Assembly: GCA_038496445.1 (NCBI GenBank)
Contig: JALMLS010000143.1
Location: forward strand, 310,001-374,000
Length of the DNA: 64,000 bases
DNA from: Trichosphaerium sp. ATCC 40318
Taxonomy: Eukaryota > Protista > Tubulinea
Reading direction: 5' to 3'
Shown piece by piece: positions 52,499 to 64,000 of this stretch; positions within the stretch are counted from its first letter, which is position 1, and each line of letters begins with the position of its first letter. The translations under genes and the position numbers were made by a program. The notes beneath the pieces were generated by a model that saw nothing but the letters and a program-made list of their open reading frames with translations, was not told where the DNA came from and searched no databases.

Positions 52499-54086
52499 TT
52501 ACACTGATTTGGGCTGGCTGTGATCTCCTATAGCTATACCCATGGCTCTTGCAACGTATTTTTTTACAGGAGATAATGTAGGAAGCAAAGAAGCGACTGA
52601 AAGAATAAGAAAAAATGCGACAGTTTTCCATTGAAAAATATCTGTAACGTTGTTCAGTGTAGACAGCGACATTCCTGCCTTTACAGCCAGTGATGTCTGT
52701 GGTATTGTACCTATAAATATTATAAGTTACAGAAAGTCAACAAGACCAATTTGTGAGTCAAAAACAAACTTGTACAAAGTTGATAGTAAAACAACTTGTT
52801 TAAAATAGTGTAATTTGCACGCACCAAACAATGTTCCAAAGAAGAAAATATGGAATGGTATTGAGAATACACCAGATGCAAGGTTTACAAACCAATTCTA
52901 GAATAAAAGAAGATTAATCAGAGGCACTACTAAAAAGATAACGTACAGGAAAAAAAGGACTGAGGCGAAGGAAAAGAATGTAATTCCATATTTTGCCTTT
53001 GTGGTTTGCTACAGTTTCTCCAAAATGTTTTAAATGACCTGGTGCCACCAAATCTAGTTGAATTAGGTTAGTTTTTAGACAATTGATAGGGTCAGTATAA
53101 AACAACGGTAAGATTAAATTGATCTTTTATTAGCACGTGTACTGAAGCGTTGGGAGGTTCGTACCTAACAATGCTCTGCCAAAAAAATAACTCAACCCAT
53201 AAGATGTCGATGCGCCTAAGGATGGTCAACCTACATGGTCACAAACACTTTTTGAAGAGGCCAAAAGAGCTAAAAAAAAAACACTCAAAATTATAAGATA
53301 TTTTTGTACCTATTGTACCAATGCAACATACTAACGGTACACCCCACCAGCCGAATAATGAGCCACCCAAGAATGATAAAAATACAGATCCAGGTATTGA
53401 AAACGCTTGGACACTAAACAACAAAACGTCAGAAGCCACCAAAAACGAGCAAAGCCGAAAAGCTAAAAGCGTTTAAAGAACCAAAAAAAAAAAAAGATTG
53501 CTAGAATGTTATCACATGTTGAATTCTTATTTGTGACGTCCTACAAAGCAACGACATGCATTGCGCAATGGCTTAGATGCGTACAAGATGTAAATTAATG
53601 CATAACCCAATATAACTGTAGGCATGAATTCTGTCGTGTACTACAACGCGTCAGAACATATTAAAAAGTGTTGAACAGAAAAAAGTGACCGTTCACGAAC
53701 GAAAATAAATGACGTCGGATTACCTGTTGTATAACCATGCTAGCTTCTTTAACCTTTTGAAGCGATGTGGGTAGACTGTAAAGCTTCGCTCGATCCGATA
53801 CGCTTAAAGCGGGGAAGTTTGCAAAAATAAAGCATAGAGCAGCGAAAGTAGACGCAAACGCTACAGCAAAGATTGCCAAACCCTTTTTCCAGTCTATACA
53901 TACAGTTAGCTACTGTAAACGAAAAAAAGTCCTATTGTAACCAAAAACATGCGACTTGGCGACTTGGAACTCCGTAAATGCTTTTAAAACAGTCCAAAAC
54001 AGTTCTTTTACTACTTCAACAGTACGTTTACTTAACGCACTTGTTTTTACTTTAATCGGCTCTTCGTCGTGCTTCTCTTGTAGCAT
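52499..54086 (-). CDS. TMEM41: TMEM41/VTT (DedA) family membrane protein
   Basis: QAFSIPGSVFLSFLGGSLFG, YILFLRLSPFFPNWFVNLAS. Confidence 0.9.
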
Positions 54087-54323
54087 TTTTTGTGTATGTA
54101 TTGATGAACTGGAATTGTATTTCGCTGGATCGCGTGGTGTAGTCAAAATGGAAAATTTGTTGACCAGTGTGTTTTTGTTTTTTCTTTTTTCGGATAACGC
54201 TCCGTGGTAACCTCCTTAGTTTTATAATAGTACAACCAACAAAAGCGAAGAAACAAAGTAAAAGACAGTGTGAGTATAATTGGATGAGGGATTTTTTTTA
54301 TTACTTCACAGTAACATAAAAAC

Positions 54324-55440
54324 TTAAGCGTAGATCCATTTTTCGCTGTGGGAAGCGTAGTCGAAGATCTAAAATGACATTAGATAAATACATCTCAAGA
54401 AAAAAAAGCCAGAAAACAAAAAATAGGTTTGCAGTTGTGCAAGCTTTTTTGTACCTCGTTTTGCTTGAACCACATGCTGATTTCGTGTTGGGCACTAGCT
54501 GGAGCATCACTTCCGTGGATGATGTTACGGCCAACATCAAGGCAGAGGTCACCACGAATGGAACCTTAAAAGTATTTTTAGTAAAGATAGAAAAAAGTAT
54601 TTTTGAAATTAAATTTTAATAAAGCACAAGCGTATACCTGGCTCAGAGTCATCAGGGTTGGTGGCACCAACTAGTTTACGACCACCAGCGATAGCTTTTC
54701 TACCTTCCCAAACCTATCAAGCTGAATAAGCACCAGTACAAATAAATTTTGTGTGGGTTTTTGAACAGACAAAAAAAAAGCGTACCATAGCGACGACTGG
54801 GCCGGAGCTAAAGTATTTGACGAGACCTGGGAAGAAAGGCTTCTTGCTGAGGTCTTGGTAGTGCTGGGAAGCGAAAGAAACGGTTGGGTGAACCATCTTA
54901 AGACCTAAAAGGATTGTGAGTCACAAAGAACGTACAGATAGGTTGCTTGTTGGCGAATTTTTTTTAGCGGATAAAGGAGGTAAAGTCGTACCAACAAGTT
55001 TGTAACCCTTTTGTTCGAATCTGGTCATGATAGAACCAACCATAGCACGTTGTACACCGTCCTAAGTAGGTTTTTAGCGCCAATTATCGAACGAGATTAA
55101 CTGAGCGAAAGTTTTTTGTGCTAGCACGTACAGGTTTTACAGCAATGAATGTGCGCTCCTTGTTTGTACCCTAATGTCATGTGAGAACAAAAGATCGATA
55201 GCGCAATATCCACGTTCGTAGATAATAAGAAAGGGGTGTGGGAGACAAGAAGACGCGAAAAAAGTGTGATTGTGGCGCTAGAACAACCTAACGTACAGGC
55301 AAACCGTAGACAGGGCACTCCTCGGCAGTGATGGTACCAATGTTGAGCATACCAGCAAGAATACCGGATCCAACACCCCATTGAGCGGCGCGGCTAGTGG
55401 CGAATTTGTAGGCAGCGGAAGTAGCAGTTCTGGACAACAT
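54324..55440 (-). CDS. NDK: Nucleoside diphosphate kinase with mitochondrial-type presequence
   Basis: [13 protein letters not shown].., [29 protein letters not shown]. Confidence 0.96.
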
Positions 55441-55657
55441 TGTTGAGATAAACAGACAATAAACACCCTAAAAACTTAACGGATTCGTTTAAGTACACGT
55501 TGCAAATGAAGGATTCAAAGCGATGCACTCAAAAATACAACTAATACACATAAAACATTGTGTTATATTAAAACAGGTGTAGTCTATTGACATTACAATT
55601 GAGAGGTTTTAATTTAACCTATATTGCGTAACCGTACCAGCGTCCTGGATTTTAAAC

Positions 55658-56193
55658 TTACTTCTTATCAGCGAGAGGGTTCTTGATAACGAGAATAACG
55701 CTATCCCCACGCAAAAACATTTTAGGGATGAATCTGTCCTTTGTGATGGGTTTGCCGTTCTTTCCTTTAGGTATCTCGGTCCACATTTCCCGTACGTTTT
55801 CAAGTACCATATTACAATGTCTATCAAAAGCCTTGACGCGTCCCAATAACTTTTTGTTGTTGCGGCAATTTATCAAAACAGGCGTTTGGTTCTCGACTGC
55901 TTGTGTTAGGAGTGACAAAGGGCCATGTTCGAAAGCTTCTTGCTCTTCTCTCTCCTATGGCTAGTGTGAGTAAAATATAGTGTTGTTAGACGCTTGTAGA
56001 CGCTGATTTTTGATTGGAAACAATGTTTTTTTTTAATTTAAATTCATTTGTTGTTAATATGGACGTACACGCTCTTCGTCAGTTTTCTCTGGTGCGTTTT
56101 TATCTTTTCCTCTCCTACGGAAGCATTAGTTTGTATTTAACCACAAAAACAAGCATTGAGTAAACATGAAAAACCGCATTCGTACCTGGACAT
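55658..56193 (-). CDS. SNRPD2: Small nuclear ribonucleoprotein Sm D2
   Basis: [42 protein letters not shown]. Confidence 0.97.
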
Positions 56194-56300
56194 CGTTGTG
56201 TTTACAATACAGTGGATTGGTCAAAGAAAAAGCAAGGTTTTCAACGCCATTCTTTGATGCTAAGTGTGCTTGTTAAGGACGTTTACTCCATTGTGCCAAC

Positions 56301-59242
56301 ATGTCAAAGGCAACTGAAGCCGCCAAAGGGGGGAGCACAACTTCGTCGTCACCAATGGCTACAGGAAATGACATTGTAATGACCGAAGCTACACCAACCG
56401 CTGTCCCTGTAACTGATGCAATGGAAGAAGACACCACTACTACGCCAGAACCACAGATATCAGCGTCTGCAGAATCTTCGTACCCCATTGCGAAGCATTT
56501 GCTTGAAAATGGTATTAAAAGCGTACTTATTGCGTAATATAATATTGTAAAGGGTTTTGGCAGACAAATTTACCGCCTGAAGAATTTGAGATAGTGCAGG
56601 CATCACTAGCCTCTCTTGAAGCTTGGAACCAGTTTTTTTGTCTCAACGTACGTTAAAAAGCCTAATTAACACCTTTACTAATCGTTTAAATAGACCACAA
56701 CAAAAACGAACGGAAAACAAGAAAACAAAAGCGCAAGCGCATCTACAGGCGATAGCAGTATGTCTCAACACATTTACTGTAAATATTGCAAAAAAAACGT
56801 AACCGCATTTTATAGATTCTCAATTCCCATTAACAACAATCAACGTGGCTGCGTCTGATGTATTAAATCTACGCGTCAGAGGATTTTTATATACTTGTAA
56901 CTTACCATCACACCTACCAATCATTGACACTTTAGAAGATGACAACGAATTGAAGGTATATAAAAAATTACGCGCAAAAAACAAATCACAGAAATATTTT
57001 TATTTAAATCTCTGACTTGTCAACTAAAAATGGATTAGGATGTAATGCCTGATCTAAATTATCAAGTTGAAATTATGGGCAAAACATACCCACAGAATGA
57101 ACAATCAGCTATGGATATTGACACGCCGTCAATAACACGACCACCATGGGCTATTACATTGACAGCACCTACTAGTATTGATCTAGGTGTTATATTTGAT
57201 CAGTTAGCAAATGTCTTGACTCAATTGAATACGTACAAGGTACGCGCCTTCAATGAAAAATGTCCGACGAGTCAGTTTGAAAAAGTAGACTCTTATGTTA
57301 ACTTTTTGAATAAGAAAGCAAATATTCCTGAAGACAAGACAGAAGGTGACACAGATCCACTGAACTTTGAGGACGCTCAGCAGAAATTACAGAACTTTGG
57401 CTACTCATCCAAAGCTTCATTTGCAACACAATTAAAGACGCTTTTTGACAACTGTAGAACCTTTACAGTACGTTCAATAACAGTGGCGCATTTTCCCATG
57501 TGACTCATATTTTAAATTAGTCTGGAGACCGTGCAACCAAGATTGATGCAATAGACAAGCACGCAACAGAACTCTTGGCGAGCGTGACCGAATTTGACTT
57601 TTCCAGCGACCACGAAAAACTTCGTGAAGCACTCACACGTAAAGGCCTTTTATCTACAGCGAATAACGCAAACGGACGGGCTAAATTTTATACTGAGCAT
57701 CCTTTATGCACGCATGAGCCAGCAATTAAAACAGGCGACAACATGACAGATGAAGATGGCCTACCTAAAGCTGCAAAGCCAATGTTTTTAGACGCCAAAA
57801 CGCATACAGCATCAATGACCCAAGTTACAAATATGAATAGGTGCGATTTTCTTTCGCGTGTAGCGATAACCGTTTACGCGCTAAGAAAACTTAAACTAAC
57901 GTTTGTATTCAAGGCAAGAAGCAAAGAATAGAAACTTGGACATGTTACACCGCATCTATCCTTCTCTTACGTCCAAAGGAAAACAAAAACAGAACACCGA
58001 GGAGTCTAATTTTGATGGTTGCGAGGATAAGTTCATTCGCGATGCTGTAGCTCTTCATCTCGCTTTACATAGATTTCAAGGTATTCTCAACCAAATACGT
58101 TAACGTTGTTCTGATATACTTTACAGGAGTTGCTCAAGACGCTTTAGCAGCATTTACAGAGGCAGTAACGGATTTTATAATGAAGATGGGCGCTGGAATG
58201 CATCGCATGACAGACAATCCAAATCTCGCTCCACAAAAGCCTAATGTACATTAGAATCAATCTATCATCTCATCCCCTTACTTATTTGTTTGTAGCATAT
58301 ACTCAGCTGTATAGTAGCAGAGATGTGTGGATCAGGTACTTAATTCTTTTATTGTTAAACCTGAATGTTTCTAACACGTCTGTAAGGCGCTCAAAACTCT
58401 AATACTTCTGGTTTGAATGCTTTAAAACATTATGTTGCTTCGACTATCACTAGAGGAAACAAATTACTTGCCATTGATGCTGAGGACTCTCAAAAGTTTT
58501 TAGTAGCTTGTAGAGCTGTACGTCTAATTTTTTTGTAAAAAGTGGTTCCTTATGTCTTTGGTAGGATCCAAGAAAGGTCGATGCGCTGGCACATAGGACT
58601 CATCCAAACTTTTCTTATACAGTGCCATTTGTCAAAAGAGAAGAAAATGAAACTACTGTTGCAACTCAAGAATCGAAGAAAAACTATTCGAAACTCAATA
58701 CACAGTAAGAAACGAGGAACTTTCTCAACCTAACAGATTTTTATAGATTTTCAGCAGCTAAAGGTGGTCAAGACGCACAAGGACATCTACGTTATACCAC
58801 GAGATCATCTACTGCCGTTGTAAAAACAGCAAGCAGTATGTCAGTTTTCCCTTCGTTTTTTTGTTTGTGATACCGTCTTCTCTTGCTGCGCGTGATACTA
58901 AACGTATTATCTTAGATAAAAGATCAAGAGCTAAAGCAAAAGTAGATGAAAAAGATGAAGAATATTTAATTGATCAACCAACAAGAACAAAGAGAACACG
59001 ATCATCTCGATCAAAACGACGTGCAGCATCACAAAATAACTTTTCCTCATACTCTTTTGAAGAAGATCCACCTTATAAAGAAGGAGAAGAGAGAATAGAG
59101 GAGACAACAAAAGGGGTACGCCATAATCTAGATTTTTCAAAAAAACCTCTGTCAAAAAAAAAAATTGTTGTCCGTTTTCTCATTTTGTTGTTTGTAGAAA
59201 CGAAAACGCACTACAAGGCGCACATCATCTCGAAAGCTCTAA
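56301..59242 (+). CDS. Degenerate bromodomain + BTP histone-fold protein (SAGA Spt7-like)
   Basis: PLNFEDAQQKL..YSSKASF..LFDNCRTF; AVALHLALHRFQGVAQDALAAFTEAV. Confidence 0.7.
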
Positions 59243-59326
59243 AATTATTTCGTTTATTTTAAGTACACTACAAAGCTTGCGTTTAAGTTAGCACCTAATA
59301 AATTGTAAATTATAAGTTATGACGTG

Positions 59327-60062
59327 TTATTTTTGTTCATCAAAACCAAAAAAAAATATGTGGTTAGCGTGCCTTAGTTCTCCTGAAGCTAGTTGAGTCT
59401 TAGCAATTGTCATGAAGTGCTTGCTCAACCATCCGTGAAGTTCACGTTTATGCGTAGCATTTGCTTTTTGGTTACCCTCCCAAGTCATCATGGCGTATGT
59501 CCTGATTCCTTGTTGTACTGCTAGTAGCAAGAATTGCACTAAATGTGTTAAATAATGTACATCTCACAAGAACTACCTTTGTTATCTTCCAAGTCGTTTG
59601 CTACCGCCATTGGTGGCATGCCCATACCTTTTAGAAGTGAGTTAAAGCAAAAATAACGCAAATAGCCACAGTTGTCACGTTAAACCGCTATGTTGGCGCG
59701 TACCTTTGCCCTTCTTGGTCATTGAAATCGTGTTAGCGTTGGTGTAATCGAGCAAGATCCTATTAGTAATTTTAGGCTATTCAGCAGTAATACGCAGTGT
59801 TGTGAGTAAATTTGGTTTTGTCAGTTAATAATGTAAACGCACCAATCGCAGTTTCCTCCTCTCTCCGTCGTTAAATCAGTAATAGCTTGTACTAGCGCTC
59901 CCTCATTTGCAAAAGACACCGAAGACAACGTTTGGGGAGCTCCTACCTGTGTACGAACAGGTGCACCTATGCCTGTTAGCGCTATAACATAACGTACGCA
60001 CCAGCACGCGTTTTGCTGTAGGTTTGACTACTGCCAGCCATTTGCGCTAGCGTTTCATTCAT
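59327..60062 (-). CDS. ADF-homology (coactosin-like) protein
   Basis: DWILLDY..KGKG..LEDNKVQF..YAMMTWEG. Confidence 0.6.
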
Positions 60063-60232
60063 GTCCTTCTTTTCGAAGCCCTTACTTAGATAAGCGTTAC
60101 TCATAGCTGTTCCGTTGTTAAATGTCAGAAATTGCTACCCAAAAAAAAATTTCACAGACAAAAAAGCTCGCACTGATTTAACTTGACCTTCGTTTCTTTT
60201 TCTCAGTCAGAAAGGTACGACATAGATCCATC

Positions 60233-60938
60233 ATGGCCAATCTTGTTATGCAAAAGGAGCTGGCTGCAAAGATACTAAAATGCGGTAAAAAGCGCGTTTG
60301 GCTCGACCCTCACGAAGGAAGCGAGATTTCTCTAGCCAACTCTCGTAAGCTCTATTCTCGCTCAAACCAACGCCATATTAACACCACAAAGGTAACGGTA
60401 TCCGTAAGCTCGTTAAAGATGGTTTTATCATCAGAAAGCCTGTAAAGACAAAATCCCGAGCAAGAACACGCCTTCGATATGAACAAAAGCGTAGAGGTCG
60501 CCATAGTGGTCCTGGTTGCCGTGAAGGTACGGCTAATGCTCGTATGCCTCGCAAAACTCTATGGAAACAGCGACAACGTGTCCTTCGTCGCCTTCTCAGG
60601 AAATACAGAAGACAAAACAAATTGGATCGCACACTGTACGCACTGCAACCTTTTTCTCATTTTCCATCAAAATACAACGCTCTTTGCGCTTATTATACGA
60701 TATCTATTACTTTTACCTAATTGTTTCTCAACTTAGTTACCGCGATATGTATTTGCGCGCAAAAGGTAATCAATTCAAGAACAAAAAGGCCTTGATGGAA
60801 CACATCTGGAAAACTCGTGCTGAGATGGAACGTAAAAGAGTTTTGGAAGAACAACAAGCTGCCATTAAAGCATCAAAGACATCCAAATGGACCCTTGCTA
60901 AGAAGGACGAAACAGAAGAGACTCCTGCTGAAGAGTAA
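60233..60938 (+). CDS. RPL19: 60S ribosomal protein L19 (eL19)
   Basis: [29 protein letters not shown]. Confidence 0.98.
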
Positions 60939-61473
60939 ATGTATCAATATAACGCTCCTCGCAACCAATTTTTATTGTTCTTTTAAACCGTTTTTGTTTT
61001 TATTGCCTTCTTTTACATTTCTCCTTTTTGGAGATGTATGCATGTGTTTTCTTGTCAGCTGTCGGTATGTTTCGCGTTAATGGGTTGTTTACATTGCGTA
61101 TAGCACGAATATCTTGAATTGCTGTTTGACCATTTTAGTAAAAATAATGTCCACTGAGGTTTATTGCAAGCGTATGAGTGAAGCGAAAATTGAAACTATA
61201 TCGAACTACAATACGTACCTAAAGCCGTGTTTGTTTTGTCTGGCTCAGAATTCCAGTAGCGTTTGCAATGTCTAAGGCGACTAGTGTCATTTGTTGTCGG
61301 ATTTGCTGATTGTGAGACAGGACGTCCTAATTAAGCATCTCAACAGTTTGATTCTTGTTTGAAACTGTGCTTAGCTTGGCATTGAGCCATGAGTGTTAAT
61401 TCTAGTCGACGGATTAAGAGCTGTTTACCAAGCGTTGAAAACTTAAGTTTACAGTTTGACACAAAATTAGTGC

Positions 61474-63444
61474 ATGGAAAATCCAGAGGAGCGAAAGGGC
61501 GTATCAGGCAAGGTATGGCGATTTAAAAAGATAATAGGATATTACTAACATCTATAAAGCCAGTAGAAGGCGATGGAGCAAACAACCCTCGAATTGACGT
61601 TATCTCTGATCTCCCAGAGAAAAAACAAGCGACAAGACAACAAATTCAACATGCTCATCGTACTTTCCAGCAAGCTTATGACGCGGAGGACTGGTATGGC
61701 GTAAAGGAGTGTTGTACCATCTGTACTTACGTGTATTAAAGGCAAACCGCTGGATTGATTGCAGATAATTTGCTTGGATACGGTGTCGGTACGTAACACG
61801 TGATTTTTTAAAACTAGTACATGAACCTTACAGTGGTGGCTGTTCCTTTCGGCAGTCAAAGGCGTTACCGTCGAATAGCGATTTTTGATTAGTTTCGAGA
61901 GAAACGTTAATTTTTGAATTGCGATCGCTGTACTAGCGTCACTGCCGGCGTTTGTTTATGAAAGCCTTTGGTTTTTGTTTTTATTATTATAGCTTTTAGC
62001 TTATGGGTGTTGATACGCTTTTAGATGAACAGATTGGACGGCTAATTGGTTATAACATGGCCTGTGTTCAAGCAATGGTAATACTTTAGTGTACATTGGT
62101 AGTGTAAACCTTACAATATTGTCTAGGAAGGAGATCACTTGGTACTGTTGTGATATTGTAAAGTACGTCACCTACACTACTAAGATTTTGGCTTTACTTT
62201 GCGCATTTGTTTTTTCCCCTCTTCCTCATTAGATAAGTCACGTGCTAATATTTATTGTAGGTGTTGTGTATCATAACAGGTGCAATAGGAGTGTTCTAGG
62301 TGCTTAGAAGATGCTACTTCGACAGGATGCTTCCTAGTTGAAGCAGAGGGAGAGGAATCAAGTAAGATGAAAAGAATTCTTATTCCATGGGAAAGAGATG
62401 AGGGTAAGGATATCGAAGGTACTAAATAAAAACTTTTGTCAAGAATTCGGGTTTTTTGCTCATCCTTTTTTAAACAGAGGCTGAGGCAGCTGAGATTTTA
62501 TCGAGAACGTATTTCAGGTGCGTTTTTTTATTAATAAAGTGATATAAACCCATTTCAGTTTTTTTATTTTTGGATTTTTGAAGTTATTGTTTTAACGTTA
62601 GAATCTGGAATGTATTCATACTTGTATGCTTTTATTTTAACTTTATACTATAGAATGAGTGAGTTGATGGACGTAGTTGATGAAGAGGGTATGTGAATTA
62701 ATCGGTTTCTTTTTTGAAGAACAAGAAAAAACCCGATTTATTCTTTTGTTTAGTTAGCGCCAAACGTGATATACACCTTACTGAAGAGCATATGAATGCT
62801 CTATCTGCTTTATTAGATGGTACTAGTTCAATTGATTACGAAAAATTTCTAGAGGTACGCTAGCCATGGAAGCTTTTTATTTTTTTGTTGTTGCTCGTCT
62901 ATTTCTGTTTAACCAGAATTAGCTTCTTGCTTCTCTTCATGTATCAGAAGAACAATTACAAGAGCTTGTTGCAATTGATGAGGAAACAGGCGAAGGTGGT
63001 ATAGGCACGTGATTATAAAAAATAAAATCTATTTTTAACCCGACGCTGGTGTGGGTACGTTTTTTTAATCAGAAACTAATTGTTTTTAAAGACTTGGATC
63101 AGTTTTCTTTGTTTTTAGACAGTCACTTGTCAGGTACGACCATGAACTTTATTATTGAATCTATCTCACAATTATTAGAGCTTATGCTATGTTTATCTGC
63201 ATTGGTATACTCTGAAATAAACATAATGAGGACCATAAAACAAGCACCTGGTTCGTAGACTTTTTTTCTTTTTTCTTCTTTTTCCTCAGCATGTGTTTGT
63301 TTTATTGACGTATTATTTTAAATAGTCGAAGAAGATATTGATACAGGCGGCAACAAGGACGATTTCTCTACTATAGATTAAGACCTAATCACAAAAAACG
63401 CCAACTTTTTTGTGAATCTCCTAGAAGAAAAATTAATAGAATAA
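61474..63444 (+). CDS. Hypothetical multi-exon protein with TPR-like (YNMAC) and EF-hand-like segments
   Basis: Phase-consistent exon chain; IDYEKFLE, IDLDQF. Confidence 0.55.
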
Positions 63445-63479
63445 AAACAAACTCCCTTTGTTGATTCAAGCGTCAGTGG

Positions 63480-63941
63480 GTACTACCGCCAAAAATTTCT
63501 TTCATAAACACTTCTTATTCTCAGATTATGTTGATTCAACATAATCGTTTGTCTTGAGCTCCAGCATACTATCACTGGAACCCGAGACAACATGACGAAA
63601 TCATCCTTTTTTTCCCTTTTCAATCATACGTTTTTTGGCGTCAATTGCAATACAATGCCGTAATCCCCAGTGTAATCGCGAACTAGCGGTAGTTTAGGAG
63701 TTAGTTGCTTAAGCAGTTTTAACTATTCTTTAGCCCCTTGGTACATAGAAATACTGTTAGCCCGAACACAAGCGCATAACTTGCAACTATCGGTGTTTTA
63801 TTGGCCCAAAGACCGAAATGAAGTATAAACCCTTTCAAGTTCCTCAATACTTTGTTAACAACGTAATACCATCAAACAAGCGACCTTCAAATAGAGGGAA
63901 AAACCACCCGATTTGGTTTACGTTTTTGGAAAGAGTCGTTC
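63480..63941 (-). CDS. 3' exons of a hydrophobic membrane protein entering from the window edge
   Basis: Hydrophobic exon-like segments with GT/AG ends; product not identified. Confidence 0.3.
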
Positions 63942-64000
63942 TGTTTTGGTAAACATACACTATTTCTCACCACACACCTCGCACCTTATCCCCAGCTTAC

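Noticed and set aside
55121-55466. ORFs 55121-55381 and 55278-55466, and other short ORFs opposite known genes
   Set aside because: Alternate-frame or antisense shadows of real exons (here NDK exons 1-2)
61824-61834. CCTTACAG resembling the Dictyostelium Class I RNA motif
   Set aside because: Partial match only; length and terminal stem do not fit

Overview
Gene-dense, AT-rich, intron-rich eukaryotic nuclear DNA in the standard genetic code. It is probably a protist, possibly an amoebozoan, but that placement is inference. Most introns are about 28-70 nt with GTACG/GTAAG/GTATG donors. The supplied ORF track mostly shows exon fragments, so I assembled gene models by hand. About 30 genes were found: CYP450, RGS-START, BTB x2, UBL-WLM-PUB, PABPN1, a dehydrogenase-aldolase fusion, SLC35E x2, MCCC2, anoctamin, DEP-RapGAP-RapGAP-SAM, synapsin-like, TMEM41, NDK, SmD2, Spt7-like, ADF-H, RPL19 and others. 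Notable points: (1) six F-box-like genes, four of which carry a single intron-free exon of LRR or MORN-variant repeats with hypervariable positions; (2) a complete 2550-bp hAT transposon (26-bp TIRs, 8-bp TSD, 8-intron transposase) inserted in one F-box-LRR gene; (3) non-canonical splice donors required by conserved protein motifs (two GA-AG, at least two GC-AG, one AT-AG); (4) a tRNA-Val and candidate structured RNAs nested in introns; (5) apparent strong enrichment of CACGTG. Exon boundaries and counts are by eye and need RNA-seq confirmation.
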